Below are positions 8,248-16,060 of a stretch of 64,000 bases of DNA, in pieces (positions within the stretch are counted from its first letter, which is position 1; each line of letters starts with the position of its first letter). The notes under the pieces are model-generated. The model ran no database searches. It was not told where the DNA came from and saw nothing but the letters and a program-made list of their open reading frames with translations. The stretch comes from an uncultured Pseudomonadota bacterium (lineage in GTDB: Bacteria; Pseudomonadota; Gammaproteobacteria; Steroidobacterales; Steroidobacteraceae): contig CAIMCI010000366.1 in NCBI GenBank assembly GCA_903839465.1, positions 15,514 to 79,513 of the forward strand, given 5' to 3'. A program made the position numbers and the translations under genes.

Positions 8248-8571
8248 TCAGGCCCGGCCGCGGAGAACAGGGCCGCTCGGATAGGCCCGGCGGTACCCCT
8301 TAGGGAAGCCGGTGAACGGGCCGCCCAGCTCCCGCACCACCCGGTTCACCATCGCATTGAAGGCCGGGTCTTCGCGGCGCAGGACATGCAGCGCCTTCAC
8401 GCTGATGCCGAGCTGCCGGCAAGCCTCGGCGAACCTGCCCCCCGCGTTACGCAGCGCCTGCTCGATTTGAGTCTTCGCGCCGGGCTGGTCGAACCGGAGA
8501 TCGATCAACAGCTGCCGCCCGCTCTTGGTGGTGACGGGCAGCGCGAGGGGCTTGGGCTTACGAGTGCTCAT
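8248..8571 (-). CDS. Fis-type HTH DNA-binding protein
   Basis: Trimmed to the ATG at 8571, which lies 10 nt after a CGCGCCAT box. IEQALRNAGGRFAEACRQLGISVKALHVLRRE matches the Fis-family HTH pattern. Confidence 0.6.
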   Translation of the reverse strand: MSTRKPKPLALPVTTKSGRQLLIDLRFDQPGAKTQIEQALRNAGGRFAEACRQLGISVKALHVLRREDPAFNAMVNRVVRELGGPFTGFPKGYRRAYPSGPVLRGRA

Positions 8572-8581
8572 GCCCAGGATG

Positions 8582-8589
8582 ATGGCGCG
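8582..8589 (-). promoter_or_regulatory. CGCGCCAT box, 10 nt upstream of ATG 8571
   Basis: Coding strand reads GGCGCGCGCCATCATCCTGGGCATG. Confidence 0.55.
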
Positions 8590-8674
8590 CGCCGCAGCCT
8601 TCGGTGCATCGCAGCAAGAGCACGCCGCTCGTGTCGGTTCGTCCTCAGAGGTAGCGGCTCGCCGACTTCCGCCA

Positions 8675-8833
8675 TCACTCGCCCGGAGCGCCGCAGAGCT
8701 CGAAGATGTAGTCGGCCAGCCCTTCGAGGTCGGTAAGCTTGCCGGCGGCCTCACTGGTCTGGAGCTCCTCGAGGATCTCCTCCTTGCTCATGCCGGCACA
8801 CAGGTCCTTCAGGTTCTCGAGTACTTCGTCCAT
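8675..8833 (-). CDS. Small acidic hypothetical protein (52 aa)
   Basis: My translation is MDEVLENLKDLCAGMSKEEILEELQTSEAAGKLTDLEGLADYIFELCGAPGE. High GC3. The ATG lies 3 nt after the upstream stop. Below the ORF-track length cutoff. Confidence 0.45.
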   Translation of the reverse strand: MDEVLENLKDLCAGMSKEEILEELQTSEAAGKLTDLEGLADYIFELCGAPGE

Positions 8834-8836
8834 GGG

Positions 8837-9112
8837 TCAATCCCTATCACACGGCGCGGCCAATAACTCGAGCGCCCGCTCCACCTCGGGCGGCTTGGCG
8901 AGCTTGGCCGCACGAGCCACGTCGACCAACGGCCAGAGATCGTTCCAGGTGACCAGCTTGTAGACGTAGCGGCGGCAGATGCCGAGGTCGGCGGCGATGC
9001 GCACTAGGTTGCCGTGCTGCCGCTCGATGGTCTGCTTCAGTTCCTCGAGTGCGGCCTCCAGGTCGCGTTCCCGGAGCTCACCGAGGCCGGTCGAGTGGCG
9101 GGTCACCGCCAA
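8837..9112 (-). CDS. Fis-type HTH DNA-binding protein
   Basis: 91 aa. LEELKQTIERQHGNLVRIAADLGICRRYVYKLV matches the Fis-like HTH pattern. Confidence 0.6.
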   Translation of the reverse strand: MAVTRHSTGLGELRERDLEAALEELKQTIERQHGNLVRIAADLGICRRYVYKLVTWNDLWPLVDVARAAKLAKPPEVERALELLAAPCDRD

Positions 9113-9663
9113 ACTATTCCAGGTAGCATCCCAACTCCGCTCTCTTCCCTGACAATAGCAACCGACTCAGCCTCGTCTCGACGAACAACTACCACTCCCT
9201 CCGGAAAATCCCTCCAATCGAACGCGAGGAACTCGCTAGAACCATCTTCGTTTTCATGGTGTTCGCAGGGAAGTTTCCCTCGCTTTTCGCTCGGCATTCT
9301 GATCCATTGCCGAAATATCTCTAAGTCCAACACTGTCCAACAAGTGAGTCGGATGTTCTCTCGAGCAGCGATCCCATACAGAAACAAGTCTCCCCACCCG
9401 TCGATGATCTTGCGAAATTCCGTCTTGGTTCCCCCTGGCCGATTGAGTCGAATGGTGATGTCATTTCTGTAGTCCCTCACATATTCCGGCCTCCTGATCC
9501 GCACCGCGATTCGCTTCGTCGCAGCCATGAGAACGATCAGATCAGTGTTTCTCAGTTGGTCTTCAGCCATCGACGCCTCCACGATGAGAAGTTGACCCAA
9601 AATCGCTTTGACGTGCTGCATGTACAGGTCGGACCACTTCTTGTCTTTCGTCCAGTTGTTCAT
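9103..9663 (-). CDS. Hypothetical protein translationally coupled to the MT-A70 methyltransferase; low-GC
   Basis: 186 aa starting at MNNWTKDKKW. ATG 9663..9661 overlaps the methyltransferase TGA 9662..9660. Sampled lines are 45-50 % GC versus about 67 % nearby. No motif recognised. Confidence 0.6.
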   Translation of the reverse strand: MNNWTKDKKWSDLYMQHVKAILGQLLIVEASMAEDQLRNTDLIVLMAATKRIAVRIRRPEYVRDYRNDITIRLNRPGGTKTEFRKIIDGWGDLFLYGIAARENIRLTCWTVLDLEIFRQWIRMPSEKRGKLPCEHHENEDGSSEFLAFDWRDFPEGVVVVRRDEAESVAIVREESGVGMLPGIVWR

Positions 9664-10679
9664 TTTGATTCCTTTCCCCACCCGTCGAACCCTTCAATCA
9701 CACGGCGGTTGTACATGTCCAACCTCCTTCCCGCCGTGACTCTGCACAACATCTCGTAAAATTCCCCCGGCTTCTCGCTGTGCTTGCCACGAGATGCCTC
9801 GAAGCACGTGAAAAACTCCTTCGTGTCGATGAACTTCGGGGATCCACGGCGTGCATACAACGAAAACTCACAGTTGAATTGCGGTAGCCCAACCACCTGG
9901 AAACCACCCGGCTTGTGCCAAACGAACGTACAGCAATAGGCGAGGTTCCATCGCATGAGCAGTCGAAACGCCATCGGCAAGAACGCGTGTGTGGTCCATA
10001 AGAAAACGTGGCAGTCAGGCCCAGCAGGCAACTCAATCTTCCCCAGCTCTTCCTCCGTCATGACTGAGTAGTCCAATTCCCGTGCCTGATTCGGACGACT
10101 TTCCCGTTCGACTTTTTGCATCGGCCACGGCGGGTCAACCACGATCACCTGGTAAAGCCCAATCGGCACGGATGCAGCCAGTTGCTCGACTTGTTCGCGT
10201 TTCTGCGCGGTCGTCCTCTTCTTGATGTCGGCGATCATCAGCCGCTCCGTCGCCACCTTGCCGACCTTAGCTAGCTCGTCCACCTTCGCCAGCGCCTCCT
10301 CCATGGTCAGGCTCTCGAAGATCAGCCGAGCCTCCGACAGCCGCTGGCGCGGGACAATAGAGCTGACCCGCCCCGGGACAGCTCTATCGCCTTTCGGTCT
10401 ACCGCGGCCTGCAATAGGGCCGCCCGCCTTCCCGCCCTTGGCTCCCCGCTCCTGCGCCGTCTGCGCCGGGCTCGTCTCGCCCATCTTGTGGAACGACGCG
10501 ATTCGCACCTTGGCGATCCTAACCTGCTGCGGTTGACCAAGCTTGGTCGCCTTCGCCCACGCCGCCATCGCCACCGAGCTGGCATGAATTCTCGATATCT
10601 CTTTGAGATCGGTCGTCCTCGACAGGATTCTCTCAGTTTCCGAAAGCTGAACCAACTGTACTTCTTCATTCTTCGCCAT
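9660..10679 (-). CDS. MT-A70 family DNA N6-adenine methyltransferase
   Basis: Trimmed to MAKNEEV (ATG 10679), which follows GGAGGATCGAG. Catalytic DPPW motif (VIVVDPPWPMQ) and MT-A70-like C-terminal half. Confidence 0.85.
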   Translation of the reverse strand: MAKNEEVQLVQLSETERILSRTTDLKEISRIHASSVAMAAWAKATKLGQPQQVRIAKVRIASFHKMGETSPAQTAQERGAKGGKAGGPIAGRGRPKGDRAVPGRVSSIVPRQRLSEARLIFESLTMEEALAKVDELAKVGKVATERLMIADIKKRTTAQKREQVEQLAASVPIGLYQVIVVDPPWPMQKVERESRPNQARELDYSVMTEEELGKIELPAGPDCHVFLWTTHAFLPMAFRLLMRWNLAYCCTFVWHKPGGFQVVGLPQFNCEFSLYARRGSPKFIDTKEFFTCFEASRGKHSEKPGEFYEMLCRVTAGRRLDMYNRRVIEGFDGWGKESK

Positions 10680-10692
10680 CTCGATCCTCCAA

Positions 10693-11202
10693 TCATGGCG
10701 CGGGGAACCGGTACCACTGCGCCTTCCATTCACCCTCCGGCAGATCGTCCCCTGACATCCACCGAGCGCCGTCATTCTTGGCCTGCTTGTAGATCCACCG
10801 CCTCGAGCCATCGAACCCCGCGAAGCAGATCGCAGGCTCCCGCACGATCATCCGCTCCCCTTCCGGCACGCGAGCCAGCATCTCTCCGGCATCGAACGTC
10901 GCCATGAACATCTCGCGTGCGAACTCGATTCGTCCGCCCTCCAAGTCCGTCCCTAAGCAACTCTGATTCCACTTGCAATTCCGAGCCCTCACCATGCGCG
11001 GCATCCAGTTCTCGTCTTGCAAGTATCGATCGAACTCGAACATCTCGTCCTGCTTCAGCTGCTTGAATGCACGCAGGCAGCGCATCAGGTAGTCGGCGAG
11101 CACGAACGCCTGAGTCCCACGCGCCACCCGTGCCCGCTTCAACGCGAACTCGAGGATGCTCCGCAGCTCCCCGTCACATGCATCTTCAGTCCAGTCATTC
11201 AC
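10693..11202 (-). CDS. Hypothetical protein
   Basis: 169 aa from GTG 11202, which forms a GTGA overlap with the primase stop and lies 8 nt after GAAGGAG. GC is lower than the surroundings. Confidence 0.55.
   Translation of the reverse strand: MNDWTEDACDGELRSILEFALKRARVARGTQAFVLADYLMRCLRAFKQLKQDEMFEFDRYLQDENWMPRMVRARNCKWNQSCLGTDLEGGRIEFAREMFMATFDAGEMLARVPEGERMIVREPAICFAGFDGSRRWIYKQAKNDGARWMSGDDLPEGEWKAQWYRFPAP
10695..10702 (-). promoter_or_regulatory. CGCGCCAT box, 15 nt upstream of ATG 10679
   Basis: Coding strand reads CCCGCGCCATGATTGGAGGATCGAGATG. This is the only copy whose spacer contains a clear SD. The box overlaps the stop of the upstream gene. Confidence 0.45.
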
Positions 11203-12134
11203 AGTCTCAACTCCTTCACCAACAATCGCTTGAGAGCGCCGTCCTCGTGGAGCTTCGCCGGGTCTCGCCCCTCGGGATCCCGCACGCGCATCACCCTCGA
11301 CCACCGCGCGATGCCACCGAACTGCTCGGCCACTCTGTCGCCCGCCTTGTCCGGGTCGGTGAGCAGCACCACGCAGCTGAACCGCGGCGACGCAGCGAGT
11401 GCCAACACGCTGTCGTCCGGATTGCTGCCCTGGAGTACCAGCACCGGAGTGTGCACATCAGCGTCCACCGCAATGCCGTCGAACGGTCCCTCCACTACGA
11501 CGAGTGGCTCAGGCTTCGACTCCGTGGAAGGCCAGAGGTGCATCCCCATCGGCACCTGCATCCCGGTCTTGGGCGGGGTCATCATCTTGCGGCGTCGTCC
11601 GAGGAAGTCACGCGCCGCATAGCCGACCAGGTCGCCCTGCGCGTCGAGCGCGGGGATCACCACACGCCCGGCAAGGTCTCCGTCCACCGCGTAGCCGATG
11701 CTCCAGCGGTCCACGCTCTCGGCCGAGAGGCATCGCTCCCTTGCGTAGTTGCGTGGAGCGCCGGGCCACTCGTCAAGCGGGGCGAACCTCACACCCTCCG
11801 GCACCACCACCGGGCTGCGTCCGAACCCGTGCTTGACGAGCTCCACCTCGGCACTGAGGAACGACACCTCGAGATCACCCGTGCGGAGCATCTCGAGCGC
11901 GGCCTGCGCGTCCACCCCGCGGGCGGCCATCACCAGCTCGACCGGGCCGCCGCGCAGGCCGCAGCCGTAGCATCGGTGTCGGCCGTGCCGGCGGCTGCCC
12001 GGGTCGTCCCAGACCATCCAGCTCGGTACCGGGTCGTCGTGGTCGGGGTTCGGGCAGCGCGCCCAGAGCCGGTCTCCGCGGCGCTTGTAGTGGACCTCGA
12101 GCGCGTCGAGCAGCCGCTGGACGTCGACGATCAT
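11199..12134 (-). CDS. DnaG-like DNA primase (CHC2 zinc finger + TOPRIM)
   Basis: CPNPDH...CYGCG zinc finger. TOPRIM signatures VVVEGPFDGIAV and LLTDPDKAGDRVAE. Confidence 0.85.
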   Translation of the reverse strand: MIVDVQRLLDALEVHYKRRGDRLWARCPNPDHDDPVPSWMVWDDPGSRRHGRHRCYGCGLRGGPVELVMAARGVDAQAALEMLRTGDLEVSFLSAEVELVKHGFGRSPVVVPEGVRFAPLDEWPGAPRNYARERCLSAESVDRWSIGYAVDGDLAGRVVIPALDAQGDLVGYAARDFLGRRRKMMTPPKTGMQVPMGMHLWPSTESKPEPLVVVEGPFDGIAVDADVHTPVLVLQGSNPDDSVLALAASPRFSCVVLLTDPDKAGDRVAEQFGGIARWSRVMRVRDPEGRDPAKLHEDGALKRLLVKELRL

Positions 12135-12138
12135 CTGC

Positions 12139-12492
12139 TCAGCGCTTGACGGGCAGAACCCTGCCGGTGATGGTCATATCCTTGGCGATGTTCAGCTCAA
12201 GCCGCGCATACTCGTCCCACTCGAAGTATTGCTTCCGCTCCTCGTCCGTCAGCCCGAGCTCCTGAATCACCCGCCTGAGCTCGTCAGGTTCCTTGATCTG
12301 CACTTCGATCGGTGCCCGCTTCATTTCGTACTTCGCAAGCTCAGCGAGACACTCCCCACAGTTCGCAGCCTTCTTCAGACTAGGAGGGACCCACAAGTTC
12401 CCAGGAGGCCAAGCGGCAGGCACCTCCGCCGTGAATCCACACAGCGGAAACCCCCGATCGACTATGTGCACCATTGCGATTCGCTCGTTCAT
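12139..12492 (-). CDS. Hypothetical protein
   Basis: 117-aa ORF. ATG lies 10 nt after a CGCGCCAT box. Confidence 0.6.
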   Translation of the reverse strand: MNERIAMVHIVDRGFPLCGFTAEVPAAWPPGNLWVPPSLKKAANCGECLAELAKYEMKRAPIEVQIKEPDELRRVIQELGLTDEERKQYFEWDEYARLELNIAKDMTITGRVLPVKR

Positions 12493-12502
12493 ACCCCGGA
12501 TG

Positions 12503-12510
12503 ATGGCGCG
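12503..12510 (-). promoter_or_regulatory. CGCGCCAT box, 10 nt upstream of ATG 12492
   Basis: Coding strand reads TAGCGCGCCATCATCCGGGGTATG. The box abuts the TAG stop of the upstream gene, the same context as at 2259. Confidence 0.55.
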
Positions 12511-12756
12511 CTAGCGCTTCACGCTTCCATCATCAGGACGGAGCTCGGCCGAAGTGCGCGGCCGCGTCAATCTGCGCGAAAGCCTGATGCCTCGGATGAT
12601 CGGGACTCCTTCACCAACGCGCGCGCAGTTCCAGCGCACCACGTTCGAGCCGCCCTTCATACTCCAAGCGTATTGAGACACGACCTCTATGACCGCGAGC
12701 TGCCCGCCCACGTGGCAGAGGTATCGCTCGCCAACCTTCACCTCGTCATCCCTCAT
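12511..12756 (-). CDS. Hypothetical protein
   Basis: 81-aa ORF whose start overlaps the helicase stop by 4 nt. Confidence 0.5.
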   Translation of the reverse strand: MRDDEVKVGERYLCHVGGQLAVIEVVSQYAWSMKGGSNVVRWNCARVGEGVPIIRGIRLSRRLTRPRTSAELRPDDGSVKR

Positions 12757-14372
12757 GACTTCCTTCTCCTGGTTCCTCGGCGCTGCACTAGCGAGTCGCG
12801 CAACAATGCGTCCTCAGCAGTGTCCGCCGCATCGACGTGCGCGTTCTCCACGGTGCGCCCGGGCCCAACCCGGCCGAGGTCCGGGTCCCACTCGTGCTCG
12901 ACAATGAGCGGCCACTTCCCGTCGCGCTGCTTCATCACCAGGATCTCGAGCTGGTCGTCAGGCACCGCCTTGAAGAGCGCCTCGCGGTGCACGCCGATGA
13001 CCAGGTCCGGGTTCTCGAACCAGTTGGCGCTCCCCTTGATGGCCTCGCGCGTCGGCCGCTTGTCGCGCCGCTGCTCCACGTCCTTAGCCCGGAGCTGCTG
13101 CACCAGCAGCATCGCGCAGCCGTAGGTCTCCGCAATCTGCTGCACCCGGTTGATGGCGAGCTCCTCCTCGTCCGGGTCGATGGAGCTCATGCACCGGCGG
13201 AAGAGGTCGGCCACGAACACCTCAGGCGCGACGTCGCTCACGTACTGCTCAATGGCGTCGAGCGCGGCTTCGTTGTTGCGCTGCCTCCGGTCTCGCTGCC
13301 TCGGGTCGAACCCCAGGCTCCACGCCGGCCTCTTGAAGAACCGAACCTTGCCCGCCACCTCGTCCATCGCGCCCTCGAGTACCCGTTGCGCTTCTTCGGT
13401 GTACTGCCCCGTGATGACCGCCGTGCGGCTCCAGCCAAGGTGGAGCGTGGCGAGCAGCTGGAGCATCCGACCGGCGCCAATCTCCCACGCCCCGCACATC
13501 ACCCGACGGTTGTAAGCCATCGCCTGCGCCAGCACGATGCGTGCCGTCACCGTGGTCTTGGCGCTGCCCGGCACGCCGCAGACAACCGTGAGCGTGCCCG
13601 GGGCGAGCCCGGGGACGATGCGCCAGCTGCCGTCCTCGTACCGGTCGAACCCGTCGAGCCCGAACGGGTAGACGGCGATGCCGGTGCGGCGCCGAGTCAA
13701 CTCAGAGGACTGGTCGCGCACCAGCGTGGACGGGTCGTGCAGAAGGTGGAGCGCACCCTCCCGCTCGAGCAAGGTCTTCAACCGGTTAGCAGCGGCACGC
13801 ACCGCCTCGGGGCGGGAGGCGGGTGAGCGGAGCAGCTCGTGCAGGTCGCCGAGCGGGCCGCGTACCGCCTCGATGCGGGCCCGGTCCCACGCGAGCATAT
13901 CCGCGTGGTGGCGGAGATTCGGTGGTGCCTCGGGGCGCATGTGCACGTACCGGTCGAGCTGCTCGGCCACCTCGGGACTCGTCAGCTGCCGCACCGTCGC
14001 AGGGTCGTAGCCGAGCGACTGCCGGCCGAGCTCCTGCAACGCACGCCACGCCTCCGCATGCCCCTGGCCGAAGAACGCGTCCGGGGGAAAAGCCTTGGCA
14101 TAGCGGGCCAGAGCCTCGGGGTCGGTGGCGCAGGCAGCCAGCATCACGATCTCGTTCACCGGGTCGTGCGGCACGCGGAGCTGCTGCCCCCCGGCGAGCC
14201 TGGGGGTAAGGCTCTGGCCCTGGCCGGCGGCAGTCGACTCTTCCACGGACGTCCACCCGTTGGAGCTCGTTTTCCCTGCCGCAGCCGGCGCCTGGGGCGC
14301 GCTGGCGCGTTTCTGGGTCTGCCCCGCTAGGGGGGTAGCGGCCCCCCTCCTGACCTCGCTCCTGCGCCGCAC
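12753..14372 (-). CDS. DnaB-like replicative DNA helicase
   Basis: Walker A GVPGSAKTT. A DnaB-type segment reads QQLRAKDVEQRRDKRPTREAIKGSANWFENPDLVIGVHRE, and the N-terminal domain has PHDPVNEIVMLAAC. The start could lie further downstream. Confidence 0.9.
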   Translation of the reverse strand: MRRRSEVRRGAATPLAGQTQKRASAPQAPAAAGKTSSNGWTSVEESTAAGQGQSLTPRLAGGQQLRVPHDPVNEIVMLAACATDPEALARYAKAFPPDAFFGQGHAEAWRALQELGRQSLGYDPATVRQLTSPEVAEQLDRYVHMRPEAPPNLRHHADMLAWDRARIEAVRGPLGDLHELLRSPASRPEAVRAAANRLKTLLEREGALHLLHDPSTLVRDQSSELTRRRTGIAVYPFGLDGFDRYEDGSWRIVPGLAPGTLTVVCGVPGSAKTTVTARIVLAQAMAYNRRVMCGAWEIGAGRMLQLLATLHLGWSRTAVITGQYTEEAQRVLEGAMDEVAGKVRFFKRPAWSLGFDPRQRDRRQRNNEAALDAIEQYVSDVAPEVFVADLFRRCMSSIDPDEEELAINRVQQIAETYGCAMLLVQQLRAKDVEQRRDKRPTREAIKGSANWFENPDLVIGVHREALFKAVPDDQLEILVMKQRDGKWPLIVEHEWDPDLGRVGPGRTVENAHVDAADTAEDALLRDSLVQRRGTRRRKS

Positions 14373-14376
14373 TGGC

Positions 14377-14886
14377 TTACCTAGCCCGGGCGTGGCGGGC
14401 GACGGCCACCCGGTAGTCGACCACCAGGCCGGAGCAGCCGAACTGGAGGCGCCAGCCGAGCCGGCTGGTGCGCCCCTCCTTGTTCCGCTCCTCGAGGTAC
14501 TTCTCGCGCCGCCACACCCACCGGAGGAACTCGACGGCTTGCTTCATCGACCCGCCGAACTGGTCGCGCACGAGCCTGGTCGCCATGCCGCACGCGGCGA
14601 GGAACGCCTTGCCGTCGAGCAGGTCGTCCGGGGCCACGCCGTAGACCTTCGTGTGCAGGAGCACGTACACGCCGATCAACACGCTCGGGCGGGCAGCATC
14701 GAAGGCGGTGGCGTCGTTCTCCTTGGCGTAGCGGGCGCTCAGCTCCTGCGCCTCGCGGCAGGCGGAGTCGAACATCTGCCGGGGCGAAGGCTTACGAGGG
14801 CGGGCGGAAGCCTTGCGCTCGCGGCGCACCATCGCCTGCGCGACGAACTCGTTACTCGGCTTGGCCAGCTTGAGCGGAGTCCTCAC
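14377..14886 (-). CDS. Hypothetical protein
   Basis: 169-aa ORF, tightly packed; no motif recognised. Confidence 0.55.
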   Translation of the reverse strand: MRTPLKLAKPSNEFVAQAMVRRERKASARPRKPSPRQMFDSACREAQELSARYAKENDATAFDAARPSVLIGVYVLLHTKVYGVAPDDLLDGKAFLAACGMATRLVRDQFGGSMKQAVEFLRWVWRREKYLEERNKEGRTSRLGWRLQFGCSGLVVDYRVAVARHARAR

Positions 14887-15248
14887 CGGCTGCTCCTCGA
14901 CTTGACACGGAAGCCAGTGGGCGGCGGGCGGTTCGGGTCAGGCATGTCGGGAAACGGATTCTTCACCACACTTTCTTTGAAACCCTCGAGCAGCTTGCGT
15001 GCGTCATGGCAGGTCGGCGCCTCCGCGTGCTCGACCAGCTCAGTCAGGTGCTCACGAATCGCTTCGTCGATCAGAACCCCACGCACTCCCTTGAACATCT
15101 CGATGAAGGACTGCACCGCCTCCACCGGGTCCTCGCCCTCCTCGACCAGGACCGTGACCGACATGATGGGCGTCTCGACCGAGTTGTAGCGGACGAGTGC
15201 CAGCTTGTGTACCGTAGCGGTAACCGTGACCTGCGTGACTCTTGCCAT
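14883..15248 (-). CDS. Hypothetical protein
   Basis: 121-aa ORF. ATG lies 10 nt after a CGCGCCAT box. Confidence 0.6.
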   Translation of the reverse strand: MARVTQVTVTATVHKLALVRYNSVETPIMSVTVLVEEGEDPVEAVQSFIEMFKGVRGVLIDEAIREHLTELVEHAEAPTCHDARKLLEGFKESVVKNPFPDMPDPNRPPPTGFRVKSRSSR

Positions 15249-15258
15249 GCCCGGGATG

Positions 15259-15266
15259 ATGGCGCG
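15259..15266 (-). promoter_or_regulatory. CGCGCCAT box, 10 nt upstream of ATG 15248
   Basis: Coding strand reads CCCCGCGCCATCATCCCGGGCATG. Confidence 0.55.
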
Positions 15267-15270
15267 GGGC

Positions 15271-15666
15271 TTAGTCGTTCTTCTTCGCCAACTCGATTAG
15301 GTCTGGGAACGCACTTTGCAGGTCCTGCAACTCCTCGTAGCTGCGACGAATCGACTCGAGTGAAGTCGCTACTTTCCGCAGCTGCTCGTTCCCCTTCTGC
15401 CACTTCTTCGCCACGCCCACCTCGACCGCGTGAATTCCGCCGGCCTCACGAACTACGAAGGTCCGCTGGTCTTCATCATCCGGAGGGGGAGAAACCCCAC
15501 CCACGTCCTTGTAGTCGCGCCACCGCTTCTCGAACTCTGCCGACCACTGCCCCCGGTAGACCTCGTCCAGGTCCACGGAACCCCGGGGTTCCGTGCCGGG
15601 CTCCACCCCGAGGAAGCGGAGGATCCTGGAGCGCAGCTGGTCGTGCACCCAGCGACCTCGGCTCAC
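15271..15666 (-). CDS. Hypothetical protein (contains one copy of the 20-bp palindrome)
   Basis: 131-aa ORF with a GTG start overlapping the upstream stop. The palindrome at 15575..15594 encodes GTEPRGSV. Confidence 0.5.
   Translation of the reverse strand: MSRGRWVHDQLRSRILRFLGVEPGTEPRGSVDLDEVYRGQWSAEFEKRWRDYKDVGGVSPPPDDEDQRTFVVREAGGIHAVEVGVAKKWQKGNEQLRKVATSLESIRRSYEELQDLQSAFPDLIELAKKND
15575..15594. promoter_or_regulatory. 20-bp perfect palindrome ACGGAACCCCGGGGTTCCGT (copy 1, intragenic)
   Basis: Exact copy. It extends to 22 bp with the flanking C/G. No CGCGCCAT box is adjacent. Confidence 0.45.
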
Positions 15667-15881
15667 GGCTTGTCCCCGATGAGCTCGCGCAGCTCGGCGA
15701 CGGCCACCAGCAGGCCGTTCATCGCGCCTCGCTTGTAAGCCTTCACGATCCGCGGTTCCCCAGGAGTGTTCCCGCTCAGGTCGGCCGCGATCTCGTCCAA
15801 GTGGTTGGCGAGGGCACGCAGCCGCTCCCGCTTGATGGCCCGACGTTGCCCCTTCACGCCGACCTCTGCTTGCGCCGCCAA
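15663..15881 (-). CDS. Hypothetical protein
   Basis: 72-aa ORF in operon context. Confidence 0.45.
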   Translation of the reverse strand: MAAQAEVGVKGQRRAIKRERLRALANHLDEIAADLSGNTPGEPRIVKAYKRGAMNGLLVAVAELRELIGDKP

Positions 15882-16060
15882 GCCTTCAGCGCGTTGCGCT
15901 CCTCGGGCGTCATGCCCGCCACCAGGTGCTTCGGCTTGCGCTTGCTCGTCACCGGGAGGCGAACCTTACGGGGCGGTGGAGGGGTTCCCTCGTCCGCTGC
16001 CTTCGCGGCTCCCACCCGCACCATCTGACCGGCGACGAGGATGACTGGCCCGAGTCTCAT
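15854..16060 (-). CDS. Hypothetical protein
   Basis: 68 aa from MRLGPVILVAG. ATG 16060 shares one nucleotide with the helicase TGA (TGATG). Confidence 0.45.
   Translation of the reverse strand: MRLGPVILVAGQMVRVGAAKAADEGTPPPPRKVRLPVTSKRKPKHLVAGMTPEERNALKAWRRKQRSA

Noticed and set aside
1613-14372. Identical N-terminal heptapeptide MRRRSEV on ORFs 1613..2248 and 12753..14372
   Set aside because: Only two cases exist and the codons differ. The second start is a GTG that may not be the true helicase start. Arg-rich N-termini are common in GC-rich frames, so I treated this as coincidence.
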